From: Eledone cirrhosa
Taxonomy: Eukaryota
Reading direction: 5' to 3'
Assembly: GCA_964016885.1 (NCBI GenBank)
Contig: OZ024742.1
Span: 232,314,001 to 232,378,000, forward strand
Length of the DNA stretch: 64,000 bases
The position numbers were made by a program, and so were the translations under genes. Positions 38,244 to 52,932 of this stretch are shown piece after piece (the stretch's first letter is position 1; the number at the start of each line of letters is the position of its first letter). The notes below the pieces were generated by a model. It saw only the letters and a list, made by a program, of their open reading frames with translations. It was not told where the DNA came from and searched no databases.

Positions 38244-38771
38244 CGGGTCACTCTTGAGTGCTATTGGCAACATGTAACCCAGTACAACCTGTCGCATGGT
38301 CGGGTCGTCGGCGACTAAACCGGCAACCCCACCAAGTTTACTTGGTGAGGAGGGTAATTTTGGACACCCTGCAGAACAAAAAACAAAACCTGACAAAGGG
38401 CGGAAGAACTCATAAGAGTCAACAGCCATCCCAAAGTGTGTAAATATGTATATACACGTGTACCGCACGGTTAAACCACTGGGAGTGAAGGACCCCTAGC
38501 CTTTGTCAGGGCATTCTTCTAGAAGGCAACTCAGGAAACTGGGATGACTCCGATATAAAACCTGCGGCTCAGTAGTTACCGATGATGTTGAGCTTTCTTC
38601 TTTTCGGGTTATAGCTACTGTCGCTCAGAGAGTGGGATTGGTTCAGTGCACAGTCTTTCCTCACTTAAATAAATATCTTCACGCACAGGCATTGCACGAT
38701 AGAATTAATTAATAATTATTAATAATGGTATATCGTGCAATGGCCATACTCGATAACGAGGGGCAGCCATC
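38244..38771 (+). mobile_element. Non-autonomous element N2, longest copy
   Basis: Starts after TATGTATGT, hairpin-rich, ends ATGGCCATACTCGATAACGAGGGGCAGCCATC then ATGT repeats. Confidence 0.8.
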
Positions 38772-38790
38772 ATGTATGTATATATGTATG

Positions 38791-39287
38791 TAGTGTTTGT
38801 ACCAGAGTTTTCAAGTCGCTGGCTGGACTAAAAAGCCGCACTCGTTCAGCGCATCGGTAGGAGTTCTCCTACATGGATATAAAGTAGTGGCCGTACTCGA
38901 AAACGAGGCAGAATTGTAGGAGAAGGAAAACTCTGATATAACACCTGCAACCCTGATGGTATCCAATGATGTTGACTTATTCTTCTTTTTGGTAAATATC
39001 ATCTTGGGTTAAGAGAGTGGGACTGGCTTTGTGCAGTGCCTTTGCTCACTATAAAAGCTTCACGGCACAGGCATTGCTTTATATCTGGAGATCTCTCTAC
39101 ACTTGTCGTCACATGGTACCAAGGGCCCAACACTATGTGTCAATAATTGTCACAGGTGTAGTGTTTGTACCAGAGTTTTCAAGTCGCTGGCTGGACTAAA
39201 AGTCACACTTGTTTAGCGCATCGGTAGGGGTTCTCCTACATGGATATAAAGTAGTGGCCGTACTCGAAAACGAGTTGGCAGCCACCA
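38791..39287 (+). mobile_element. Non-autonomous element N1, permuted / partial tandem copy
   Basis: 3' segment (38791-38906) precedes a second unit (38907-39287) matching 1408-1787; (ATGT)n tail 39288-39370. Confidence 0.82.
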
Positions 39288-39341
39288 TGTATGTATGTAT
39301 GTATGTATGTATGTATGTATGTATGTATGTATGTATGTATG

Positions 39342-39373
<32 letters not shown>

Positions 39374-39454
39374 AACTACTATTTTAAAAACATGAAGGTA
39401 ATAATAATAATTGTTTCTACTTTTGGTATAAGGCAGGGGAAGTACCATTGTTTG

Positions 39455-39860
39455 TACTTTCTGAAAAGTTAAATCTTCAAATTTACTTTGAAAGCCGACA
39501 CAGGTGAAGCCATACGTACAGACAAAGCTTCTTCCAGAAAGCTGAAGTTGACTTACAGAAAGTCTGACCATTACGGCTCTTCATTCTCGTATTTGGCACC
39601 ATAAGGAGTCCATTGCTACTTGACCTTATCTCAAACGTATTGCTGTCTCTTTTCCACAAAGCAGTTCACCAATGTATTGAGGGGCAGGCTCATGTACAAT
39701 TTGGAATGTCAACAGTAGAATCTTAAATGTTATTTTGCCTTTTACAGGAAGGCAGTGTCGATCCTTAATATGTTCAGAGATATGGTTATATTTATTTCTC
39801 CTTACGATTATCTCAGCTGCAATATTTTGAATCAGTTGAGGTAGTCAGGGCTTAAAGAGC
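39455..39860 (-). mobile_element. L2-clade LINE ORF2 C-terminal remnant
   Basis: KITFKILLLTFQIVHEPAPQYIGELL...IRSSSNGLLMVP...FW.KL...IR...FK..LK fits the L2 ORF2 tail pattern. Confidence 0.65.
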
Positions 39861-39870
39861 TTTGATTATA

Positions 39871-40266
39871 CTCTTGAGTACCAAATAATAGGGGAAGGCG
39901 TGGAATAAACGAGGGTGGGGAGGAATAGTCGGGGTGGGTGAGGTGGAATATCGGTAATTTTTTAAAAGTTGTCTCCGTTGATTTATTTTTAAAGACCAGA
40001 CTAGTTTAAATAGTAAGACCCTAACCCTAACCCCTCCTATTTTTATTTTATAGCATATGGGATTTCTAGTAATGTAATTTTTTGTCATGTATAATGATTT
40101 TTAATGTATGCAGAAAATTAATTGTCGCAGGAATGCTGCCACTTAAAATAAAATTTCGCCGGTGGTGGTAGATTAGCAAACTTTAATAAGCGGTAAATAA
40201 GAGGGGCGGCTGGGGATCTGAAAAATGTATGGGGGGGGGGGGGGGGCATTATTCGAGACCCGAGAG
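39871..40266. mobile_element. Tc1/mariner-superfamily MITE
   Basis: Imperfect TIRs CTCTTGAGTACCAAATAAT / ATTATTCGAGACCCGAGAG with TA TSD. Confidence 0.6.
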
Positions 40267-42071
40267 TAGGTTTCGGAGATATTTATTTGGAAAACACATA
40301 ACTTGGAAAAGCAAAAAGTGACATTGTGCACAGCACATCCCGTAGCCGGGTTTTTTAGTCTCTTCAGAGCAAAGTTAACTTATTTCTTAGTCTCTTGCAG
40401 GGCTAACTTATTAGACATTTCCTAAGTCCCTGCATTTGCTGCCCGTTTTGCTTCTCACACCCCATAGTGCATATAAACAACAACACTCCTCCCAAACACT
40501 CCATCTCTTCACACCAAAGCGTCACTCACATTCAGTCTAAACATATCACACTGAATATCCTGTACATGACAACCTACACACCACATCACAGACTTACTTT
40601 GGGGTGGGTGAGATATGTCTTCTCTTGTGAAAATGGGTATAACTCTCACTATGTAAAATCTTCCCATTTGCCTCATTTCTCCTCGTTTGGGAGCACTGCT
40701 TTTCATGGTACTCTCCGTTTGGGATTTTAGTTGGCAGGTCCGCCATCACTACATATAAACAATATACAAAATTGCAAGAGGCTTCACACGCCAAGCCTCG
40801 CAGTCTCCGTTGATCCAATATCGTTTAAAAGTTAGTTTCTTCTTCAAAATCAGAAAGTACTTCATCTCTAATCAGTTGCTCACTCTAATACTAACCCTCT
40901 AAAAATCTCAATTACGATCCATTTTCAAATACTGACATATTTGGGACGGTAGTGTTGCTACACTCACAAACATCCTAGGCTCTATTGGCTGATGGACAAA
41001 TATTTATTCCCCAACACCCTACAAGTGACTCACAAACACGCTCTTTTCTTCCAGTCCCTTTCAGTTGTTACTTCAAAAGCCACTGCTCTTTTGAATTAAA
41101 TATCTTCATACTCCCTTTCCCCATCCTCTCTTAGCACACCTGTCTCTCCTCCGCTCGTCTTTTCTATTTTACCAGATCCCGCATTAAACTCTTTTCCAAC
41201 AATTCCTTTCTAGAATAACATTTTCGGGAAATTCTTCTCCGCCTATGTTTTTTTTTCCTACAAGCATCAACTAGCTGTTGAAAGTGATTATGAATCACAT
41301 CAATCTCACCAGTCTGAGAGAATTTGCGAAGGTTATGGAGGCTTCCCTCCTCTGTTTGAATGATAATAAAAGAAAAAGAAAGAAAAATCGCTTGACCTCA
41401 GCTTGAACTTCATTTAATCTCTTCTGGTTCTGAGAACTGGGGACTTATGTCAACAACAATTAACATATGGTTTCTGTCTTTTTTTACTTTTGTTATCCGC
41501 TGATATTCTACTCTTTTTTTCTAATACAAATGATTGTTTAGGAAGAGGGGCAGTAATGGGTTAACACATTCCAAACCAGCCCAATAAAAAGAAATTAAGT
41601 CACATGTGAATAGGAACGGGGAGGAAAAAAACGTGAACAACTTTGGGTGAGAATTCCATAGAAAATACAAATACAAAAGAACAGGAAATACCAAAAATTT
41701 CTAAAGTAAAAAAAAAAAAACGTTTTTATTGAATTAGAGTTGGATAATAGAACCCCGTTTTAATTGAAAAACAAAAATACTTTTTATGTTGAAATTGAAT
41801 AAAATTATATTATATTTGATATGAGTCATTTTAATTGATATTTTCTTTTATTTGATTAAATATTTTGAAAACTTTTTAATTCTGGGAATTATGGTTCTAT
41901 AATTATTAATTTACTTCTATCATGTATAACAATAGTCAAGTTATTTTCCTTACAAAATATGGAATTATTAGAAAATTCAGAATTGTGGTATTTTCCGGGA
42001 TAGCGTATTAGGAGAAACAAAAACATTTGCTATTTTTTGACACTTCTCCCCGAAAATGATATTCTTTTTTT

Positions 42072-42235
42072 TCATTGATATTTTTTTAAATAAGGAACCA
42101 GGAAGCTGACTGCTGGTTTGATGTTCAAGGGACTACTGCCACCAATAACGTTGTCGTCAGCAGCAGCAGAGCGGGGCGACCTAATTTTATAACATGGCGC
42201 ACAACACTGCTTTCTCAGTGATGGACACTTTGGAG
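42072..42235 (-). CDS. Candidate terminal coding exon of an unknown host gene (Cys cluster plus RSPR site)
   Basis: Acceptor CTTAATCTTATATAG|; reads xPKCPSLRKQCCAPCYKIRSPRSAAADDNVIGGSSPLNIKPAVSFLVPYLKKYQ*; GC-richer island in TE-poor AT-rich DNA; AATAAA downstream on the minus strand. Confidence 0.35.
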
Positions 42236-43351
42236 CTATATAAGATTAAGTGAACAGGACAAATTCTACAAATACGCTTTCAATTCGTTGTAGTATCGAA
42301 TGTAATAATATATTTATATGTATATATATTGGATATATCTATTCATTTAGAAAATCTTCGATATAAAGAAGTAAAATTCCTTGATACAAACATTAAATAT
42401 GCTTTTCTCTTTCAAGTCATTAATGCTTGCCTCCACTGCAAGCTGTTTAGTTTGGGCATTATTGTTTAATTTCGTGAAAACGGAATCATCAGGTAGGTGA
42501 CTAAAAATTTTATTGGTAATTTATTATTAGTCTTATCATTATCCAATTGTTTCTATGATTATTTAATCTTTCTTTGCATATAATAAAAGCATCGTCTGCC
42601 AAGGATGCAGACTATTTTTCAACTCTCATAATTTATTATTCATTAAAATTCAAATGTGATATTAATTATCAGTCTTATTAATTTAGCTTTATAGTTATAA
42701 AAAAATTAAGAATGCAACCCTTTCATTCGAAATTGGTTATAAAATATAAATTCAAATATATTATTATTATTATTGTTGTTGTTGTTGTTGTTGTTTGATA
42801 ATTAAAATTAAATAATAATATTAGATAACAATGTTTCTTTTATTGTTTTAATCAATTTGAAATCGCACCATTTAGCTTGGTGTTGCCCCCACAATCTTAA
42901 TTAATGTGAACATTCCTTATTTTATAAAGTAAATAATATTAAAATGAAAAAAAAAAAAAAATTAATATCTATAATGTAACAAGGTAAAAATGAATTTGGA
43001 AGTTTCTTAAAAAAAAGTTTAATTCAGTACTTTCAACAGGATGATTTGATGGGGGGAGAAAAAAAATCTGAAATTTCTCGTGCATATGACATAACATCGC
43101 TGCATTATTTTTCCCGCAAATTATTAACATGTAATTATCGACATATGCAACAAACGATAAACGAAAGATTTTTAGTTTTTGAATGTTGTAACAACTATAG
43201 TTGAATAAATGGACCAGCAGCCAGTTGATGGTTAATATTGTTTTTATTTCATACTTTCGCTTTCATGCGCTCAATCATGCGCCTTTTCTATTGCTGCTGA
43301 CAGACTCAACATTTTCATACTCAACTGTAGGTACCTTTTTAGAAGTCGAAA

Positions 43352-44526
<1,175 letters not shown>

Positions 44527-45909
44527 GCTAAACGAACACAACAATAAATTATTCAGAAACATTGGCATGGGAGTGGACGAGTATATTTTAATCCTCTCTC
44601 CAGATATCTTATATATAATCTGTAATTTCTTCTTTACATGAACTCTGTAGCATGATTTGAACCAGTTTGCATTAGATCTATATGTTTATATGTATGCATC
44701 TACTCGTTCGTGCATTTATGTATGTCATTCTCTCTCTTTCTCTTTTCTATTCTCTTTCGCTCTTTTTCTTTGTACACAAATACACATATATGTATGTGTG
44801 TGTGTAGGGAAGAGCTTTTATTTCAATCATGTTATATTGTGTATGTGTGTCGAATTAATTTAGCGCGCTGAAGACACACACACACACACACTGTCTCTCT
44901 CTCTCACACACACTCACTCACTCACTCAAACACATACATATAGATAGATATTATCAGTTTGTATCCATCTATGTTTATCGAATTTTATCCACCAGTTTCA
45001 CTGTATCCACCCGACTGTTTTTATCTGTTTATCTATGTGACGAGCTGTCTGTCCATCTCCGGGACTATATCTGCCTGCCAATTCTCTTTCCTTTTCTTTT
45101 TTCTACATTCCTTCACAGATGTTTCATCGCTCTTGCTTATTTCCATTAGTTCATCCATTACCGATGGATGCTACTGTGTTACTATTGAGCCAACGACGGA
45201 GCTTCTACGTGATCGCTAGAACTGCTAGAAATAACAGCCAAATTTCACTCATAGCATATCTTATCACCCAAAAGAACGAAATAAAGGAGACATTTGATGA
45301 TGTAGTCCTTAATGCATTATGTCCGAGTGATACATTATATAATGTGGTTCTACATACATTATGTCTTAAATAAATGACGGAATGATCACGGTTGGCACGC
45401 CTTTGGTCATAGATCCGCTTGATCAGAACTAACCTATAGTTAATAAAAAAAACAGCAACAAATGTATCATATTTACTATACTGTTTCTAACTCCATTCAT
45501 TTTCTTAGCTTGGGTTCACCTTTACCGAGTTAGTATCAAAATTTGAAAATTTAATCTTTCAGGTGGTTGAATGATATATTCTATAAAATTGATATATTCT
45601 ATAAAATTGATATATTCTATAAAATTGATTCATAATCTAAATCTGTTAATTATATAACTCGTAAACCTTTTGAAGATAAACATTATATAAACAACGATAC
45701 GATACATAAAACGTTACAAAACTAGTGGTTATTTACTTTTTTTTTTAAATACAATGTTCGATTATATAGATATTGATATTTAACGGGCGCTTTGTAAAAT
45801 CTGTGCAGCTTTTTCCAACGGCATCGCTAAACTCAAGTCTTGATTTTCATGTTCAAAAGCACAAGATCTTCAAGTGGTTTATATTCGCCCGACACTTAAC
45901 CCCTGAAGT

Positions 45910-45951
<42 letters not shown>

Positions 45952-45960
45952 ACATACATA

Positions 45961-45995
<35 letters not shown>

Positions 45996-47293
45996 TCCTC
46001 CAAAATTGTATACACATATTTATTAGAATGCTGTTGAAGTGTGTACATTTTTTTAGGACGCCCTGTATATATATATATAGCTTTTGGAACTGATCATAGT
46101 TCCATTTCCGAGTAAATCCCCAAAAAGCACATCGTTTTATTCTTGTTGCCATTTGTTGTTTTTGGAAAATTCAACACAATGACTGCTATTATGATCGATT
46201 CTTTATTTATAAGCACCTAATTCTAATCAATCACTTTACTTGAGGATATAATTAGGTTCTTACTAAAATATTTTCTATCGCTCTACCATGACTTAATATT
46301 ACTACTTTGTTTCTTTTACCTCTAAAAACTCCAGGTTTCACATATTTCTAAGAAACAACATTAATATTACCCCCACCGCAACCATCACCATCATCACAAC
46401 CACCACCACCATCACCACCACCACACACATACAATGATACTACTGATCGTAATACTACTACTAGGACGACGACAAAGATACTACTAATATTACTGCTATT
46501 TTGTATGCTAAGATAATGAATTAGATTATACTTTTATTTATAATAGAACATCTTGTAAAGAAGCTGAAACAAACCGACCCATCAAATTCCCATTTTGCAG
46601 GATAGTAATACCAAAGTTAACATTTCTGTTGGAGTTTAAGCCTTTAAAATATGGGATTATTGATTCAAACACTTGTAGAATAGCTATAAATAGCAGAATT
46701 CCTTTATTCTAATCGTGTCCGTCTATAAAAGAATAAATGAGATTGGTATATTTAATGTGGATTTTCAAGATCTGAAAGCCAGTAAGTAAATTCTAGTCAC
46801 ATAAACCCTTATAATAAAGGATTACATTTGTTGTTTTTGATGTTGGATTAAAACAAAGTAGGTAATAAAAGGAGCTAAGATAAATATATAAAGGTTCAGT
46901 GAAGGTGAGTTGCTGCCCAACACTCACAATTCTAAGAGAAAATATTCACTATAGTAATAATAGATGATAGAGAAGGAACATGATTATGAACTAGGAAGAT
47001 TGAAGATTGTTTAATATGGGAAAGGCTTACCAACCTTTTCGAGACCATATTTCTTTGAAAATAATCAAGAATTTGAAGGAATTTAGCAATATAACTAATG
47101 TTATCATTATCAAGCATTATGGAACATAACTTAAGAAATTATGATGAAAGTGTTTTAGATAAATTTAACTCTTTTGTTACCATATTTCTAACAAAAGACA
47201 CTGTATAAGGTTTTCAAATAATTTGGAAAATTATCAAGAATTTGAATGGATTTTATAATATAACTAACTTTCTTGTTATTAAGTTGGTGTTTG

Positions 47294-47830
47294 CAGGGCC
47301 AGATTTAGACGGGGGGGGGGGGGGGGGGCACATATACAAAAAATTAAAAATCCTCAATTTTACATATCAAAATTGGCTGGTGCAAGTAATTAGAACTGAA
47401 AAGTTATACATACAAGTATTAAATTTTAAAAATATAACCATCCTCATTTTACATCCACTTTCCACACTGGTTATACGAGTTGTCATAGTCCAAGATCAGA
47501 CATATTAGAGCGACCTCATTTTGCTCATACATTACATATTTGGCATGGTTTCTATGGCTTGATACCCTTTCTAGCATAACCACTTTAGATTGTTTACTGA
47601 GTGCATTGTTTTTTGTAATACCAGCAAATACTTTTTATTGATAACAACCTGTTGTCTCTAAAGTAGAGAAAATTTTATGAATTTTGCCACAGTAAGGACA
47701 TTAAATACTTTTTGTTAAAAATAGAGTTCTCATTGTCAAAGGGATAAAAGTAAAAAGCCCAGTAGAAGGCATTGCTATGGCTGTACTGGTGGGGCCCCTT
47801 TGCCCCCCCCCCCCATTAAATCCGGCTCTT
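47294..47830. mobile_element. hAT-type MITE nested in a TTAA-flanked piggyBac-like MITE (about 47165-47953)
   Basis: TIRs CAGGGCCAGATTTA / TAAATCCGGCTCTT with 8-bp TSD GGTGTTTG. Confidence 0.8.
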
Positions 47831-48019
47831 GGTGTTTGGAACATAACTTAACCAATATTCTTACATAAAATTATGACAGAAGGATTTTAGATACAGTTTA
47901 GAAACAGTTTTGTATTATAAAGCCAGGGGTGGTTTGGTATCAAAAAGGTTAATTAGAAAGATATCTTTCTTCTGAATTTGGTCTATGATGAAATGCACTT
48001 GGTAGAGTGCAAGGTTGTA

Positions 48020-49040
48020 TGAGGGTTGGCTGAAAAGTTCATAAGCTGACCAAGATACTCTCATGGAAATGTGATCAAATAGGGTTTATTTTTTAACATA
48101 GTCCTCCTAACGGTCCATTCTCTTCTTTCATTGGTGAAGAAGCTTTCATCCTGTTGGATCACTGTGGTACTGGTTCCCATCCAAGTGGTTTTTTATGTTA
48201 GGGATTAGGTGATAGTCAGATGGGGCCAATCAGGAGAATTGGGGGAGGGGGAGGTGATCAACCAGTTCAAAGTCACAATCATGCACAGCAGCCATTGAAA
48301 CCAAGGACTTGTGTGCTGAAGCATTGTCCTGATGAAAAGACCCCTTTCATCAGTTTTCCTGGGCGTATGGTTTTGATAACTTCCTCAGAAAGTTGGCGTA
48401 GTACTCTCCATTGATGGTGTGACCCTTTTGAAGATAGTTAACAAACACAATGCCTTTTGAATCCCCAAAACTGAGACCATCACCTTCTCCACATGAAACG
48501 ACCTTGGGCCTTTTGGGAGCAAATGAGGAGGGGTGGTTCCACTATATGGATTGTTTCTCTGTCACTGGATCAAAGTAATGAACCCAACACTCATCGTGAG
48601 TTAGGAAACCAGCTGGATCTGCCTCAAACAATGTCAGATTTTCCTGTGATGGGATCAGCTTGGTGCACTTTTGATCAGGTGTCAGAAGATGGGGCACTCA
48701 CCAAGGAGAAACCTCCATCATGCCAAGTTCATTGTGCAGAATATTCTCAACTCTCCCTCATGGGATATGCTAATAGCATTGGTTATTTGATTTATAGTCA
48801 ATCACCTGTTATCCATCACCATGTGGCGAACATGATCAATGTTTTCATTGGTGGTGGCAGTTGCAGGACATCTTCAAGACTTTCCCATCCCCACCTAAAT
48901 TCAGCTGCACTATTGATAAAGCTGGAGCATCATCCCTTAATTTAGCAAACTTTTCAACATGAAAGTCCTTGGGGGCTAATCTCATTTTCTGCAGGTACTT
49001 GATAACACCACTATGCCAAATTTTGTCCATTTTCAATCAA
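48020..49040 (-). mobile_element. Degenerate mariner transposon
   Basis: TA then TGAGGGTTGGCTGAAAAGTTC TIR; MDKIWHSGVIKYLQK...LRDDAPALS transposase N-terminus; HQDNA and SPDLAPSDY remnants. Confidence 0.82.
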
Positions 49041-49289
49041 TTATTTCAATCAATTTCAATCAATTAATGAAGAATTTTAAGGGAGTTATTAAAATCATTG
49101 ATTATTTCATTACTAAGATATTAACTTAACATATCCTAGTAGTAGTATTACGATCAGTAGCATCATTGTATGTGTGTGGTGGTAGTGGTGGTGGTGGTAG
49201 TGATGGTGATGATGGTGGTGGTGGTGATGATGGTGGTGGTGATGGTGATGGTGGTGGTGATGATGGTGATGGTTGTGGTGGGGGTAACA

Positions 49290-50229
49290 GCTACAGGAAA
49301 CAAGTACCACCAATCTCTGGGAGGGCTCTGTAGAGACAGTAGACAGCTTCTGCTACCTAGGTGACCGAATTAGCAGTGGAGGTGGGTGTTCAGAAAGTAC
49401 AATAACTAGGGTAAGAACAGGATGGAAGAAGTTCAGGGAGCTACTGACACTGCTAGTTGCAAAAGGCTTCTCCCTCAAAATGAAAGGCAGACTGTATGAT
49501 GCGTGTATCTGAACAGCAATGTTACAAGGTAGTGAGACCTGGGCGCTGAAGGTGGAAGACTTACGTAGATTAGAGAGAAACGAAGCCTGCATGCTCCGAT
49601 GGATGTGTAACAGTAATATACGCGACCGACAAAGCATAAATGAATTGAGAGAGAGACTGAGCATAAGAGGAATCAAATGCTGTGTGCAGGAGAGGCGGTT
49701 GCGCTGGTATGGACATGTGATGCGTATGAAGGATGACAGCTGCATAAAAAGGTGCAGAGCACTAGAAGTCGATGGAAACCGCGGAGTGGGGAGACCCAAG
49801 ATGACCTGGGATGAGGTGATAAAAGCCGACCTTACCCAATTACACCTCTCCAAGGCGATGACACACGACCGTGACCTCTGGCGTCACGCAGTAATACAGA
49901 GTACCCGACCTCCCATGGGTACAAGCTGAAGCATATAGACAATATGCCCCCACACCCTCCCACTGCAAGGTGGTCGTGGAGGTGCCACGGCAAAAAAGCA
50001 CCCAGCCCACACTGTAAAGTGGACGTGTAGGCGCTATGAAAAAGCACCCAGCACTCACTGTAAATGAGGTTAGTGTTAGGAAGGGCATCCAGCTGTAGAA
50101 ATCAAGCCAAATCAGTTCCTGTATGAGCAAGGCATGGTCAGCCGACCAGACACTGCCCACAACAGGACAACTCATCTAACCTATGCTAGCGTGGAAGAAC
50201 GGACGTAAAACGGTGATGATGATGATGAT
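49290..50229 (+). mobile_element. RTE LINE 3' fragment
   Basis: YLG, GWKKFREL, GSETW...LERNE..MLRWMC, RRLRWYGHVMRM, GRPK.TW; 3' UTR; (GAT)n tail. Confidence 0.92.
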
Positions 50230-50769
50230 CGTTCTTATATAAAATTATGCTGCAAGAGTTTAATTTAAATAGGAACCATTTAAAATGGGTGGTTTTGTTT
50301 CATAAGAACCATTATCAGTTTTGACTGGGTTGGTGAGGTTTAGGTAAATTATAGTCATTGACCATCAGTTGGGCACTAAAGAATATCATTTGAAGTTTAT
50401 ATATATATGTTGCATCGTTTTTATATTATGAAAAAGATATAAAAGCCAACATATCACGTCTCAACTATATATTGTATATGTGTGTATATACATACATACA
50501 CACACATATATATATATATATATATACACGTATGTATATACACACATATACAATATATACTTGTAAGTCACAAAAGTTGAGATGTGACATGTTGACTTTT
50601 ATATTGTTTTCATATAAAAATGATGCAACATAGATGAATATAGGTGGTGAAGTAACTCTGGAAGAGACCAAAACACCCACAGAGTCACTTAACCACCTGA
50701 TAAGAATCAACTCCTGCATTCGGAGACAGAGTACAGCAGCACCTCCAAAACAGACCCGTGTTTACCAAG

Positions 50770-52932
50770 CAAGTGTGTGTGTGTGTGAAAGTCTGTGGAT
50801 GAACTATCTGTGAGACCAATGAACTAATCATTTGCAACACAAAAATTCTGTGACACCCATTTGCAATACAAATTTCAGGAAACTAGCCAGCCTCCTGATT
50901 TCATATGAATCAGGTGAATACACAAGCCAGATTGATTGCTTACTTGTTAATAGACTGTAATTAACACTAAGGCCATCCCTGAGGGAGAATGCACTGCCCA
51001 ACAGAAATTAGTTATTAGTGACATCAAAATAAACACAAGACAGTACACTATATGCAGGAAAATATGGAGACGGAGTGTTTGAAAGCGAAAGGACCTTTCA
51101 GTTAAATATAGGTTTAGAAAGGCCTTACAGGATGAAGTAGATGAGAGGGATGATGAACTAGGTACATATAACGTGGAGGACAACTGGAAATTCCTATATG
51201 ACAACCTTTTGCAAACTACTGAGGACACGTGTGGCTGGAGTAAAGCACCAGCCACACAGTGGTGACCTGGTGGTGAAACAGTACACTAGATAGAGCCATT
51301 AAAGCCAAGAGACAATCATGGAAAGACTGGAAAAATGGGGGTAACAGAGACCAGTACCAGGTTGCTAAGAGAGAAACTAGACGACAGGTATACACAGCTC
51401 AGAGAGAGGCTGAGAAAAGAAAGTTTGACAATATTTTGAGACATGAGGACCAGAGATGTGAAGTATTTCACATTGCAAGGCAGTGTGTTAGTGTAAATCG
51501 GGATGTTGTTGGGGAAAAATCAGTTAGAAATGACGCTGGTGCACTAAGCACCACTGATGCCCAAAAGAAAGAGGCCAGGAAATATTACTATGAGAGATTG
51601 ATGAATGTAGAGAATGATTGGGAGGAAGAAAAGAGACTTCCCCAACTTACCCAATAGAAGGACCAACCATTGAAGTTGACAGTTATGGGGTTAAAGAAGC
51701 AATCAAAGTGATGAAAAATCATAAAGCTGCAGGACCATCAGAGATAGTTGCTGAGATGCTAAAAGCATCGGGAGAAGTAGGAATCAAACTAGTAACCTGC
51801 ATACTGAATGGTGTCATACACAATGACTGGTGCAGCAGTACAAACATAAATTGCTACAAGGGTAAAGGTGATGCTCTAGAAAGGAGCAACTACAGAGGAA
51901 TTAAACTACTGTACTAAGTTATAAAACTGGCAGAAAGAGTTATAGTACAACTAATTAGGGAATATGTCAAATTAGACGAGATGCAGTTTGTGTCATGCCT
52001 GGGAAAACTGTTATAGATGCTCTCTTCTTAGTGAGACAGCTACAAGAGAAGTTCCTAGCCAAGAATAAGCCACTATATTTAGCTTTTGTTGATCTAGAAA
52101 GGTCTTTGACAGAATACCTTGATCTATTATCTGGTGGTTCTTAAGTAAATTAGGTGTAGAAGAATGGCTTGTGAGAGCTGTGCAAGCCATGTACACAGGA
52201 GCTGTGAGTAAGATACAGCTATAAGTTCCAACTATGGAAACGGAATTTAGAATCAAAAGGTCTGAGAGTAAACTTAGCCAAATCTAAAGAGCTAGTGAGT
52301 AGGAAAGAAAATAAGATCCTAATCCCTTCAGGGAAGTGGTTCTGTTCCATATGTAGAAAAGGAGTAGGCATAAACTTCATATGGTGTACACAATGTAAAT
52401 CTTGAGTACACAAGAGCATAATAGCTAGGATAAGGATAGGATGGAAGAAGTTGACAACAAAAGGTTTCTCCCTACATACAAAAGAATGACTGTGAGCCGT
52501 GTGATGCTGCATAGTAGTGAAACATGGGCAGTGACTCCAGAAGACATATGTAGGCTGGAGGAAAATGAAGCAGTCATGTTTCGCTGGATGTGTAAAGTAA
52601 ATGTGAGAGAAAGGCAAAGCTTGGATGAACTGAGGGAGAAGCTGGGTTTAAGAGGAATCCAAGGTGGTGTGCAGGAGAGAAGACTGTGTTGGTACGGATA
52701 TGTGATGTGCATAGATGATGATCTATGGGTGATGAAATGCCAGTGGATGGAAGCTGCAGTAGAGATAGACCAAGAAAGACCTAGGTAGAGGGCATGAGAG
52801 GTGACCTAAAATCGCTGAGATTCGCAGAGGAGATGATGAAGGAATGTGGTGAGTAGAGAGATGCTGTGCTGAAAATGGATCCATCCAACCCATGCAAGCA
52901 TGGAAAAAAACGGATGTAAAAAATGATGATAT
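50770..52932 (+). mobile_element. Degenerate RTE LINE with internal deletions
   Basis: Fragments homologous to the 53691 ORF (KAAGPSEIVAEMLK, NYRGIKLL, FVDLEK); GATGAT tail. Confidence 0.88.

Noticed and set aside
38244-38375. HDV-like or twister ribozyme at the 5' end of N2
   Set aside because: Hairpins and a GTCGC/GCGAC pairing exist, but I could not fit the full HDV or twister consensus; left as a test, not a call.
49170-49290. Poly-His/Val ORFs
   Set aside because: (GGT/GAT)n microsatellite.
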